In this document: one piece after another, positions 52,344 through 64,000 of the stretch | Numbering within the stretch: position 1 is the stretch's first letter | How the letters are laid out: each line of letters starts with the position of its first letter | Translations under genes and position numbers: made by a program | Assembly (NCBI GenBank): GCA_002269645.1 | Contig: NIVC01001679.1 | Location: forward strand, 62,001-126,000 | Length of the DNA stretch: 64,000 bases | Source of the DNA: Macrostomum lignano | Lineage: Eukaryota | Direction: 5' to 3' | The notes under the pieces: model-generated | Told to the model about the DNA's origin: nothing | The model's input: the letters and a program-made list of their open reading frames with translations, nothing else | Databases searched by the model: none

Positions 52344-53891
52344 CCCCAGGAACCCGGGTCCTGCACATAATAGTGTGATGAACTACAGATATCTGTGCAG
52401 TATGAGTCTGGTATGGTCTCTTTCCCAGCCAGCGATGCTCACACCTGTCTCATCAGACGGGTTGATAGTTCAAGAGACTCCGCGGCCATACCATCTGCCA
52501 CCATCGGGGCGCCCCAGCGAGACCAAGCAGCTGAGTACCATTGCCCACGACAGCGGAAGCTTCCCAATCTGGGGCCCTGAGCCCACTGAAGTCCCTGCCC
52601 AGGATAGGGAGGCTGATGCAGCCGGAAGGGTGGACAGTTCACCTGATGAAGGCTCCACCGAACCCCGGGCCCCCTACGCTGAGGCGGCAAAGAGGCAACC
52701 GGCGGTTGTCATCCTGGGGAAGGACGTGCGCCTGTTCCCCGACCAGTTGAAGCAGAAGAGCTGCACTGTTGATGGCCTACTGTGGAAGCTCACTCTGAAA
52801 GGCACACCTCTGAACATTCACTAGAATGCGACGAGGGACTCGTGCCTTCTTATTTGGCCCGTGATGCTGACCCGGGATGGCGGCTCCTTTGAGCTGCTGC
52901 CCTAGCAGAGCTGGGACCTCAAATTAGCCTTCTGTGCAGAGGACGAGCGCCTCCGGACCAAGAGGCATAGAATCTGGGTTCTGGCCAGGAGCGTCGTTAC
53001 CTCTGCTGACGAGCTCCGGAAGAGACTGCTTTCAGTCAACCGAGAGCTTCCCGCTAGTGGTGCATGACACCCTAAAGCGCACCGACGGAACCGGGAATTT
53101 ACTTTTTTTTCACTCCGACAGCCAAGCAGCCCTTCGGGCCCTCTGCCGCAGCACCACCAGCTTCAGATCTGTCCCGGACTGCAACGCTCAGTTCAATGGA
53201 CTCGCTCAGGGCAACCAGGTGGGGCTCAGATGGATCCCGAGCCACGCTGGTTTCCTCGGCAACGAGCGCGCTGACCTGCTGGCCAAGGCTGGCTCCGCCG
53301 GCGCGCTGCTGGGGCCGGGCCCAGGGATCCCCATCCCCGCCTCGGTGATCAAATCCCGCATCAAGCGCTGGACTGACTCCAAGCATCTCCAGAGGTGGCG
53401 CGACACTTGGAACGGCAGGCAATCCCGTGCTGCCGTCCCCTGTCTCTCTCCCCTCCTGCGTAGAGCCCTCCTCAGGCTCAACCGCAGAGACTTCAGAGCA
53501 GTCAGCATGGCCCTCTTCGGGCATGGCTGCTTCTCTCGCCACCGTTTCCTTCAGGGCCAGGTACCTGAGGAGCGGTGCCCCTTCTGCCGCTCAGGCAGTG
53601 AAAACGCTGAGCACTCATCAGGGCCAAGCTACCTCGGGCCAAACCCGGTTCTCTCAGACGTTTTCAGACCCGAGAGCATCCCGCTGCTCCCCCGGTACCT
53701 CAAGGACACGGGACGAGCTGAGTTCTTTCCCAACGCCGGTAAGGAGGACCGCGCTGCAGGCGAGACCGACGGGTCCCCCTGAGCGACAACGCTTCGACGG
53801 AAGTCATTGGTCGCCAGAAGCCAGCGAAATGGGCGGTCTCCTCCACCTCCTCGCTGCATCCGCCGGCCGATGCCCCCTGCAGCTGAGTCAA
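52344..53891 (+). mobile_element. 5'-truncated, decayed non-LTR retroelement with RNase H and C-terminal Cys/His knuckle (R1/LOA/I-like)
   Basis: ORF 52934-53782 has FHSDSQAAL...LRWIPSHAGFLGNERADLLAK (RNase H) and CPFC...ENAEH; flanked by the 13-bp direct repeat GGTATGCTGGTTG (52331-52343 and 53892-53904). Confidence 0.8.
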
Positions 53892-54160
53892 GGTATGCTG
53901 GTTGATGATTTGCTCACAAGAAGAGAGAAGGCGTCATTGGTATGCTGGTTGGTGATTTGCTCACAAGAAGAGAGAAGGCGTCATTGGTATGCTGGTTGGT
54001 GATTTGCTCACAAGAAGAGAGAAGGCGTCATTGGTATGCTGGTTGGTGATTTGCTCACAAGAAGAGAGAAGGCGTCATTGGTATGCTGGTTGGTGATTTG
54101 CTCACAAGAAGAGAGAAGGCGTCATTGGTATGCTGGTTGGTGATTTGCTCACAAGAAGAG
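53892..54160. repeat. 47-bp minisatellite, about 5.7 copies
   Basis: GGTATGCTGGTTGGTGATTTGCTCACAAGAAGAGAGAAGGCGTCATT. Confidence 0.93.
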
Positions 54161-54171
54161 AACGTATCGCT

Positions 54172-54315
54172 CAGTGGCGTAAACAGAAATTTGTTGAAGG
54201 GGGTGGATTCTAGAGGGTAAAACCCAAAGGGGGCGGAGTGAGTGGCTCTGTATTTTGGCGAAAATGGGCTTGGAAAATGCACAGAACAGAACACCCCCTC
54301 CCAGTTACGCTAAAG
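54172..54315. mobile_element. Short hAT-like MITE
   Basis: Termini CAGTGGCGTAA / TTACGCTAAAG (8/11); 8-bp TSD GTATCGCT (54164-54171, 54316-54323); diverged relative at about 63548-63660. Confidence 0.65.
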
Positions 54316-54909
54316 GTATCGCTGATATGCTGGTAGGTGATTTTCTTACAAAGAAGAGAAGGCATCGACACTCAAGGAGGCAATCTATTTTGCTGAAATC
54401 TTTTGATTCAAAAGGAACCTGTCAGTAATTATGTAAGTGTGAGAAAAACAAGCACAGGTATCTATTAGTACTAGCTTCAGGCGTGCTCTTGCAGTGCCCT
54501 TTTTTTCTTGCAAGTCTCATGCAAGTTTTAATCCAACTCTATAGTTGTGCAATGTGATTTACTGCTTGTTCTGTCTTAATTGTCTCTAAATTCTATAAGT
54601 CCTAGAGAATTTCTATTTGATTACTCCGGTTCAATACTTGAGTTTGCTTTTCTTTTACCATCTTAGGTTACTTCATGATTCAGTTTTCAAACAGTTTTCA
54701 ATTCTGACTTCTTATCAAAGGCTAACAGAAATTTTCTACTGGCACTCATAGTACTCAGTCAGTTTGTTTGTTGCATAGCATAAGGTATGTAGCTTGGTGC
54801 TGCTAAAATAAAAAAGTTGACCCACAAACATTGAGGGGACAAGCAGTTCTGCTTATTCTGCAAACCAATGACAACATACATGAAATATGATAATTCAGAT
54901 GACCAAAAA

Positions 54910-55560
54910 TTAAGTTTTTATAATTTTTCAAGGACAACTTAAGTAGAATAGAAAACCTTGTTTCTTGGAAATTTTTTTGAAGGCAATACATTACAGAGAT
55001 AAGAAATTTTCATCTTTATAGCACAAAAATTGTTATTGCTTTTGATAGGAGGCAGATCCAGCATTCACCTTTTGATATGTTGTGCCTTTCTTATTGCTCT
55101 ATTGATATTCATAAAGCTTTTTGTTCAGAAAATTAGGATTCTATGTTAATTTTTATTCTATATACATTTGCACATATCTTATGCCGAGAAACCCTTATAA
55201 TGGCACAGCTAGGCTCTTTGGTTTTGAGTCTATTTTATCATTATTAGCTGACTGTGTAACATGGGTAGCAGAGATGATACAATAGATTAAAAAATATTGG
55301 AACTATGCATGATTAAAAAATTAACATGGAATCCTAATTTTCTAACCAAAAAGCTTTATATCAATAGAGCAATAGAAGGGCATAACATATCAAAAGATGA
55401 ACATTGGATCTGCCTCCTATCAAAAGCAATAACAATTTTTGCATTGAAAAATGAAAACTTCCTATCTCTGTAGTCTCTTTAAAAACTGCCTTCAAAAATT
55501 TTCTAAGAATTGAGGTTTCCCGTCCTTCTACTCAAGTCATCTTTGAATTTTTTATTTTTA
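54910..55560. mobile_element. Old foldback element, about 250-bp diverged inverted arms
   Basis: TTGTTATTGCTTTTGATAGGAGGCAGATCCA (about 55030) pairs with TGGATCTGCCTCCTATCAAAAGCAATAACAA (about 55405); complementarity extends both ways. Confidence 0.75.
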
Positions 55561-56698
55561 TGAGCAACATAAATAATTATTCAAAATAAGATTTTAGCTA
55601 AAAAACTTGCATAATTTCATTTTAAAATTTTGCATATTTCACATTTTAGATGTAAAGCAAATTTATTGCATTTAGAAGCAAAGCCACTAAGCACAATATT
55701 AACATTTAAGAAAGAAAAGAAAAGAAAAAAAGAAAGAAAAGAAAGAAAGAGTCTTATAAAATTATATTTGATACACAAAAACAATTCCATACACTATGCA
55801 GTGTGAACAAAAAGGCAGACATCAAAAGTGCTCATTTTAACCATATAGAAAAGTTAAATTAAAAGGCAGAATATGAGTATATAAAATTATATACTAAATT
55901 TCTTATTGTTTTTTAAATGTCTAATGCTCATTTTTTTATATCATTGCAATGGCCTCCAGGCCATCGTCAAGAAGGTGCAATCTTTGCACTAGATTAAATT
56001 TATCCCATTTTTTCCCATTGTGCCATGCACTAAAGCATTTTTTCCTTGCGCCATATATTGGCACTTTGGGTTGCCATACCCCAAAATTAAAAAAGTAAAA
56101 AAGCTGTTTTAACTTTTAGTACTTTTACTATTTTATTATTTTTCCTAGATTCCAATTTTTGTCTAAGCCAAAAATAGTAAATAGCAATTTTGAATAGCAA
56201 ATTAGTGGCAAATTGAATTTGAACTTCAAGGAGTCTTTTATGTTTGTAATAAAATTAAATATTGTTGTTGAGTTATAACTATAACAAACAAACTTCCAAA
56301 AATACAAAATATATATAGCATGGGCATATCACAAAATCTGCTTAATTCTTATATTATTCATAATCAAAGAAATCTATACCATGTGTCTATAGTGCCAAGT
56401 TGCAGGCTCTCATTATTCATTTTATACTAAATGCACTGAGTATGCCAGAGAAATAGCCTATTTGTAGCAAAAAATTGATGAAATCTATTGCCTTTTTGAC
56501 CATGGCCTTGCTTGAGGTTATCACTATATTCTTAAAGTATTGTTTGAATTATTCTTAAACATTATTTTTTTTTTATTAATGCATCTGTAGTACACCTTAA
56601 TTTCATAGTTTAAATTGGTGCCAACTCGAGGCGGGTGTTAAGTAAAGCAAAGTAATCACATCGCAATGTAATAATACTTGTATATTTTTGTTTCATTC

Positions 56699-59600
56699 AA
56701 TACTTTATATTCGTAACTTTATATCAGCTGAATTTCATCGCCTTAGCTCGATGGTGAGTCCAATAAATGCTGAATCATAGCTCATCATCATCATCACAGA
56801 TTCCTGGCAGTGACCTGCATCAGCGCACCGGTAATCCTGGGCTGCAACTTCCTTAACAAATTTGACATTTCGATTCACCTGAGATCAGGCATTCTCGAGT
56901 TTAATGGCCTTAGCATCACCTTGCCAATGCGGACATCCAGGCAGGCGGCCCAGACTTGCAAGCTAGCAGCGGCAGCCACGGTTCGACTGCAGCCAGGCAA
57001 TGGCTGGATCATTCCGGTGCAGCCAGCGAGCGTGGCAGCGTGGACGAACTTGGAGGCACCAGGCATTGTCTGCGGCAGCAAGGCTGGTTGACCAAGCTGG
57101 TTGACCACGGAATGGGGGTTGCTGTCATCAACACCAGAGATGAGACAGTCAAGATCAAGGAGGGCGACATTGTCGGCAACTTCAACCTGCTGTCTGGCCG
57201 AGCCATGGCGCACCTGCAAGCCGGAGGATCTGGTGATGCCAGCGAGGCAGATCCGACTACTGCAACGACCTGGCAGGACAAGGTGCAAATCGCCGATGAC
57301 ATCCCAACTGAGGAGCGGCAGCAAGTCGAACGCCTTCTGCTAGAGTTCAGTGATGTATTTGCGAGCCCCAGCAACCCAGGCCGCACCCAGTTGTTAAAGC
57401 ACGAGATTGACACAGGCAACACCAGGCCAATTTGCCAAGGACTGCGGCGCTTGGCTCCCACAGCAATCGCACAGCAGAAGGAGCTAGTTAACAAGATGCT
57501 GGCAAAGGGAGTTGTCCAACCATTGTCATCACCTTGGGCATCTCCGATAGTTCTGGTTCGCAAGAAGGACAGGTCGGCCAGATTTTGCTTGGACTACTGC
57601 CTGCTGAACGCGGTGACCAAGCCCGATGCCTTCCTGATGCCCCGCATCGATGACACTCTGGATGCCCTCGAAGGAAACAGCTACTTCTCAGCGCTGGATC
57701 TCGAAAGTGGCTATTGGCAAGTCAAGATAAATGACCGGGAAAAGGAGAAGATGGCATTTGTATGCCATGAAAGCCTGTTTGAATTCAATGTGATGCCATT
57801 TGGACTACGGAATGTACCAGCCACCTTTCAGCGGCTCATGCAGCTGGTACTCCGGGGACTGACATGGCAGGCCTGTCTGGTGTTCATTGACGACGTCATT
57901 GTGATAGGCCAGACCATCGGCCAGCACAACAATCGGCTGCATTCAGTTCTGGAGCGACTGCGCAAGTTTAACCTGTGCCTCAAGCCATCAAAGTGCCAAT
58001 TTGCAAATACCAGCATGTTAGTCCTGGGCCACCGCGTCAGCAAGACCAGCATCACTGTCAATGAGGGCAAAACCGCGGCTGTGCGGGACTGGCCGGTGCC
58101 CCAGAGCTTGAAGGACGTCAAGAGCTTCCTTGGCATGACCTCCTACTACTGAAGATATGTGTGCGAATACGCCAAGATTGCCGAGCCTCTGCGCCGCCTT
58201 ACATTGCTGACGCCCATGCATGCGCAACCCCCCTGATTTACACTGGCCATGCGACTTACTTTTTGAACAAAAATGCGACTTACCTGTAAAAAAAAACCTG
58301 ACGCAATTTTGGGTAAACGGCAGGAGTAACTTTAACTGTCTTATTAGGGCTAAATGCCTCGTCATCTAATTAGTAATACGTCTGTATTCTTTAGGCTGGG
58401 CATTTTTGCGACTTACCCCTGGTCCACCACAATTTACGGTGGCCAGATCGGCCAGGTCGGCCAGCAGTTGCGCATTTATGCTGACGCCCTTCGAGTGGAC
58501 GCCAGAAGCCGAGACGGCCTTCAACCAGCTGAAGCAAGCACTGCTATCAGCTCCGATCCTGGCGTTCCCGGACATGAGCAAGTTGGGCTCCGAATTCATC
58601 CTCGACACTGACGCAAGTGACTGCGGCCAAGCGAGAGCAAGGACTCCAGCAAAGACAAAATCAGCAACGAGGCCATTCAGGAAGGCAAGGCGCTGTCAGA
58701 TGCGCCTCAGTCACTGCGTGAACTGCAGCTCCGTGATCCAGACATCAGCCCAGTGTTTCGCCTGCTGTCTAACGGCAAGACAAGGTTCAGTGCCAGCAGA
58801 CGTGACCGACTGTCGCCTGAGAGCCTAATTCTGGCACAGAAGATTGGCGACCTGTATTTTGTTGATGGCGCCCTGAACAAGCTGGTGAAGTCCAAGTCTA
58901 TACCTGTGATTCCGCGCTGCAGACAGGAGGAGTTCATCAAGGAGGTCCATGAGCTTGGGCATCTGGGCGAGGACAAGATCTTGGCAGCCCTCAAGCAGCG
59001 TTGCTACTGGCCGAAAATGGCGGAGAGCATTCGCCTAGCGGTCAGGTCCTGCCAAGTGTGCCAGCGCACTAAGACACCAAGTCAGCACCGAGCTCCACTG
59101 CAGACTATGGCCAGTGGATTTCCTATGCAATGCGTAGGCATTGACGTGGTCAAAGTTGGACTGTCACGGCGGGGAAACGATCGGCTGCTCACCATTGTCG
59201 ACTACTTCACCAAGTGGGTCAAGCTGGTGCCACTCCCTGACAAGAAAGCGGCCACCATTGCCAAGGCACTGTTTGACAACTGGGTGACGCGTTTTGGAGC
59301 CCTGCACATTCTGTACTCCGACTGTGGCAAGGCCATGGATGGCAAGGTCATCAGGAGTCTGTGCTGGCTGCTGGAGATTCAGAAGACGCGGACATCCGGC
59401 TACCATCTGCAGTGTGACGGCCTAGTTGAAAGGTTCCACCGCACTCTGCACCAGATGCTCCACTGCCACCTGCAGTCAGTCCAGCCGGATGACTGGGTAG
59501 AAGTGCTGCCTCATTGTCTCCTGGCCTACCACAGCAGCATCAATGCTACAACCGGGTTTACTCCTCACTGCCTGCTGACTGGCCAGGAAATGACGCTTCC

Positions 59601-60731
59601 AGTTGACGTTGTCTACCAGACACTAGAGCCGACAATGACAGTCCGCCAGTTCGCCACCAACAACCGCGACCAGCTGCTTTGTGCCTACAACTCTGTGCGG
59701 CGATCAATAGCGACGGCACAACGATGCCAGCGGTGGTACTACGACCAGAAGGCCAAGCGGTGCAGATTCCAGGTCGGCGACCTCGTATGGGTTTTTGTTC
59801 CATTGTCGGCACTTTCAAGGACAACTGGACTGGCTCCGAAACACTAGGCACCCTGGACCGGCCCATTCCGGGTGCTGCAGCAAACGTCGCCGGTGAACTA
59901 CCTGGTTTGTCCTATCAATTACAAGGATGGCGACACTGGTCGGGTGGTCCATGCAAACAAGCTGAAACGTGCGCACCAGCCCTGCACTCCCAACCTGGCG
60001 TGGAGTAAGGCGACCAGTGACTGCAGCAGCAAAGTTCTTGACGATGGCTGGGTCCTAGTGTGAGTCTGACAATCTTTTTTTGCCAATTTCTGCAACCTGC
60101 ACAGTTTGTGCTTGAGTTGTGCATTTGTGCGCTGTTCCAGCAGAGCTGCATTTGCGTGTCACTTGGCTAAATATTTTTTGTATCTAATTTGTTTTTAAGA
60201 TTCAAATCTGCTGTCTTTTTAAGTTTTAGTCAGTTGTTGTGGTTTCCGAGTTCTAGGCTGGTGCTTTATATATTCCCTTATATATTAAATTGCATTTTGC
60301 TATCAAAATATTTATTTTCGATTTCAACAATATTTTCTAAATTAAAAAATGGTAAATTTTCGCATTGGAGTGAATATTGCATTTCTATTCTGCATTGACA
60401 TAATTGTTTGATTTTTAGCATCCCTTAGGGTACATGCATTGATCATCATCCGATATTCTATTGAATTAGACTTGAGCATTTTTGTTCTGCATTATGTTCA
60501 AATTGCATTGGTGAAGTCCTAAATTGCTGTGGTTGAAGAATTTTGCCGCTATTTTTGAAGTTGGCTTTATTTAACTTTTGCTCATACGCGATTCAATCCT
60601 TTAGTGTCCGTCTTGTGAGCGTGCATTGAACACAACTTGTATTGTTTAATACTTTATATTCATAACTTTATATCAATTGAATTTCATCGCTTTAGCTCAA
60701 TGGTGAGTCCAATAAATGCTGAATCATAGCT
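56699..60731 (+). mobile_element. Decayed Ty3/Gypsy LTR retrotransposon (protease end, RT, partial RNase H, integrase); gag absent
   Basis: PVILGCNFL (protease end); SPWASPIVLVRKKD, MPFGL, FIDD (RT); DTDASD (RNase H); HELGH...CQVC, GIDVV/SDCG/GLVERFH (integrase); GPF motif near 59860; 84-bp direct repeats with AATAAA at 56699-56782 and 60648-60731. Stops and frameshifts present. Confidence 0.9.
58215..58480. mobile_element. hAT-type MITE inserted in Gypsy pol
   Basis: 14-bp TIR CATGCATGCGCAAC / GTTGCGCATTTATG (12/14); 8-bp TSD CTGACGCC (58207-58214, 58481-58488); removal restores EPLRRLTLLTPFEWTPEAE. Confidence 0.85.
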
Positions 60732-61289
60732 TGAACTGTTACTGGCTAGGCTTTAGACTGTGCCTAGTAAGCAGGGAGCTATGCAAACTTGTGATTGGGC
60801 GATAAAGGCTCAAAGTCAAATTTGGTGTCCTGCCTCCATTCTTGCTACACATCAGTGCAACTTAATAATCAGGGGCTTAGAATTTTTAGGCATTCTTGGT
60901 ATACACCTCAACTTTAGTCTAAAAAACCTCTTTGTATATACTAGATACCTTTTTGATGATGGAGTAGTAGGCTAGTAGCTCTAAATATTTAGTCAAAATT
61001 ATTTGATTTCATAAAATTTCAGAATGACCCTTATCATAATTTTGAATCTCTAGGAAATTTTGGTATCCAATGGAATTTACTTTAATCATTAATCAAAATA
61101 GCATCCCTTCGAGACAGAAAATCTCGAAGAAACTAAATCTCGAAGACACTAAATCGAAGACACTAAAAACTTTAGACACTAAATTTAAGTTAAACATTAA
61201 AACAATGAAAGAGGAACCTAAACTAAACCTGACTTAATAATTATTAGGGCAAAGATAAAATTTGATAGCAGCAATAAATTTATACTTAC

Positions 61290-61345
61290 TTAGCCTGATT
61301 AGAAATATTGCGAACATACAAAACACGATAATTTGTTTTCGACAT
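61290..61345 (-). CDS. SRSF10: SRSF10/12-like SR protein, exon 1
   Basis: MSKTNYRVLYVRNISNQA(K) has the RNP2 motif in register with SRSF10 SLFVRNVADDTR; donor AA|GTAAGT, phase 2 fits exon 2. Too short for the ORF track. Confidence 0.8.
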
Positions 61346-62345
61346 GTCTTTTATTTTTGTTTGCAAAAAGCTAAAAGCAAATTCAGATTGGTTATAGGGA
61401 TATTATGTAAGGCACAGGCTTTGGTTGGGCGATTTAATTGTCAGCTGTATTTGGTATTTTTTATTGAATTAAATAATTTAGAATAGTATAGTCTCAAGGA
61501 GGTCGCTAAGCCTACACTTTACACCGAGGCTTAAGTGCAGCGTACAGATTGGCTTGCTGCTACAAAAAAATAAAAATGTTATTAGGTAAAAGTGTAGACC
61601 TATCTTAAAATAGGAGATTAGATAAATAGAAATTTTTATATTAGCCTTAGGAAAGAAAATCACATTAGTGGTTAAATTTGGGTAAATTTTATCAATTCGG
61701 TCAACTAAGGCTGAAGTCGAAGACGACCTAAAAATCATTTCATTGTGAATGGAAAATGTTCTCAGTAAGCATATGTTTCTCTGAAAGCACGAAAGTCGAA
61801 ACTAGACAATTTTAAAATATGTTAACAAAGTTTAAAAGTTACATTTTGAATAATCTGAAAAAAAAGTTATTAAATTGTAGCTTTTAAACCAAAAAAGTTT
61901 TAACAATGTAAAAAATAAATATTGCTCATTTTGTGCAAACAAAATTTTAAATATTATTTTTTCCAAGACATTACACAAAGAGCACTATCACTTATTAACC
62001 TTCTTGACTAATTTATTGGCATCTTGAATAATGAATGAATGAAGTGAATCCTATTTAATTAGCGATTCATTCTGAGATAAGCCTAGATGTCATTACAGTA
62101 CTTTTATACAATTCATACAAGTACTTCCATGAATATAACGATTTCCATTGTCATTTTGAGTGGTAAATCTAAATCTAAAAGCTATGCTAAAATTAAACAT
62201 GATAAATGAATAAATCGTATTAGTCAAATCATTGAGTGTGCTGTGTGCTATGTGCTAAAGATTGATAAATGAAGTAAATGCATTAATATAGAAAGAAAGG
62301 TCTTCACATGTATTGCCATTGGGCTTTAATCAAACTTAACACTTC

Positions 62346-62530
62346 CATACATGCGCAACTGCTGGCCGACCTGGCCAATCTGGCCACCATAAATTGTGGT
62401 GGACCAAGGGTAAGTCGCAAAAATTCCCAGCCTAAAGAATACAGACGTAGTACTAATTAGATGACGACGCATTTTGCCCTTATAAGACAGTCAAAGTTAC
62501 TCCTGCCGTTTACCCAAAATTGCGTTAGGG
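62346..62530. mobile_element. Second, truncated copy of the same hAT-type MITE in reverse orientation
   Basis: CATACATGCGCAACTGCTGGCCGACC...TTACCCAAAATTGCGT is the reverse complement of about 58296-58480 with few differences. Confidence 0.85.
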
Positions 62531-62540
62531 TTTCTTTCAC

Positions 62541-62987
62541 GGCAGTTGTTATTTGTCCGGTGACCAGACGAATAGCAATGTGGTTATTTGTCCAGTTACT
62601 GGATCCTGACCATGCTTTCCTATTCATCTGGTTAATACCGGACAAATAGACATTTTGTTATTTGTCCGGTTAAATTGATAATGCTAAAATATCTAGTTTA
62701 TAAAAACCACAAGGGTAAATATTCCTAGACTTCAAAGACTTGTTACTTGTGTCTTGATTATTATATTGTTATACTAGTGTGTGTCTTATATCCCAAATTA
62801 TGCCGAATTGAATATACTGCTTTGCTTACACTCAAGTAATACAAGAAAATATTAATCAGTATATGAGAAAAGGTCTTAAAAGTCTAGAATATTTATCACG
62901 AAACAAATAAGATATTTGTGTTAGCAATTTAACCGGACAAATAGCAAAAAGGCTATTCGTCTGGTCACCAGACAAATAACAACTGCC
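62541..62987. mobile_element. MITE/foldback element with about 36-bp TIRs and inner inverted arms
   Basis: GGCAGTTGTTATTTGTCCGGTGACCAGACGAATAGC versus its near-perfect reverse complement ending at 62987; inner arms about 62654-62694 and 62911-62950. Confidence 0.8.
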
Positions 62988-64000
62988 TTCAATTTCCAAG
63001 TACAAAAATTACAATTGCAGTCAAATTCTAAAAATGCTATTAACTTTTCTATTTAGCAATTTTCATTATTAAGAAGACTTATTTTTTCTAATAACACATG
63101 TTACAATATGTTGAAGTGCTATTTTAATTGATATAAAATAATAGCATATTTATTTCTTTTAAAATCTGTTGTGGTTGGTTATTTGGTTATTATTTGAAAA
63201 GGTTTCTGTTAGTTTTTAAATATTTTTGCCTATTTTAGCAAGTTGTATCAAGTAAATAGTTTTTTTCCTTTTATTTTTAGCAATAGCATGTCAATATTGT
63301 CATTGATCCAATTACCAAAATGTTCAGTTAGTAGCCACTTAAAATCATTATTTTAATAATGAAATTTAGTGTTTTTAGCTTTACTTTCAAAAAACAATTA
63401 AAATATTTTATTTCTAGATTATATTATCATATATTATTATATTATAGCTGCTTGGTCTTGCTGGGTGTCCCTAATGGTGGCAGATATTATATTATTAAAA
63501 AAATTATTACCAAAGCTACTTAGTACTAATACTAGTAGTAGTTACTAGTGGTGCAACTAAAACTTTGTTGAGGGGGGGGGGCTAATTCTAGAGGGTAAAA
63601 ACTCAAAGGAGAATTGAAAGGGTGGCTTTGTATTTTAGCTAAAATATATTTGGGCCTCCCCCTTTGTTTTTTGTCTCAACCTAAGGTGGAAGGGACAACT
63701 GCTCTTTCTGCCCTTATCCCCATTGTCCTATTAGTAGTTATTTGATCTCTAAAAGCTTTTTTAGCTAAAAATTTAAATATAATTTTACAAATTAAATCAT
63801 TTTTCTAATTTTTTTTAGTTATCTCTAATCAGTTTTAATGCTATGACTTTTTCAGTTGTATTTATTTTATTTTCAACTGTTGAACATGTCCTGGTTTATA
63901 ATTATTTTTAATTTTTTATCAAATTTGAGATAAATAATACTTAGACTACTACTAAAATAAGTAGTATGTTTGTTTCATTTTTTAAGCTTTGTAGAAAATC

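Overview
Metazoan (eukaryotic) genomic DNA, intron-rich and packed with minisatellites. The repeat style and codon usage suggest a free-living flatworm such as Macrostomum (inference only). Four genes can be built by hand. (1) GNPAT/DHAP acyltransferase, + strand: exons <1-69, 985-1188, 42847-43136, 44335-44726, 45299-45807, 46291-46355, ending in the peroxisomal signal SRL*. (2) A complete 4-exon Iroquois (Irx) homeobox gene, - strand (29057-32467), nested in the 41.7-kb GNPAT intron. (3) An SRSF10/12-like SR protein gene, - strand (exons 61345-61290, 49950-49846, 48163-47993, 47494-47254). Its second intron starts with a perfect U12-type ATATCCTTT donor at the position of the vertebrate SRSF10 minor intron. 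(4) An intronless rhodopsin-like GPCR nested on the same strand in SRSF10 intron 1. That intron also holds an RNase H-bearing non-LTR fragment with a 13-bp TSD, a gag-less decayed Ty3/Gypsy element, two hAT-type MITEs with 8-bp TSDs and foldback elements. About 30 tandem arrays explain nearly all long ORFs in the track; six unrelated arrays share a GGCGCC core. All coordinates were read by eye; repeat boundaries are approximate.
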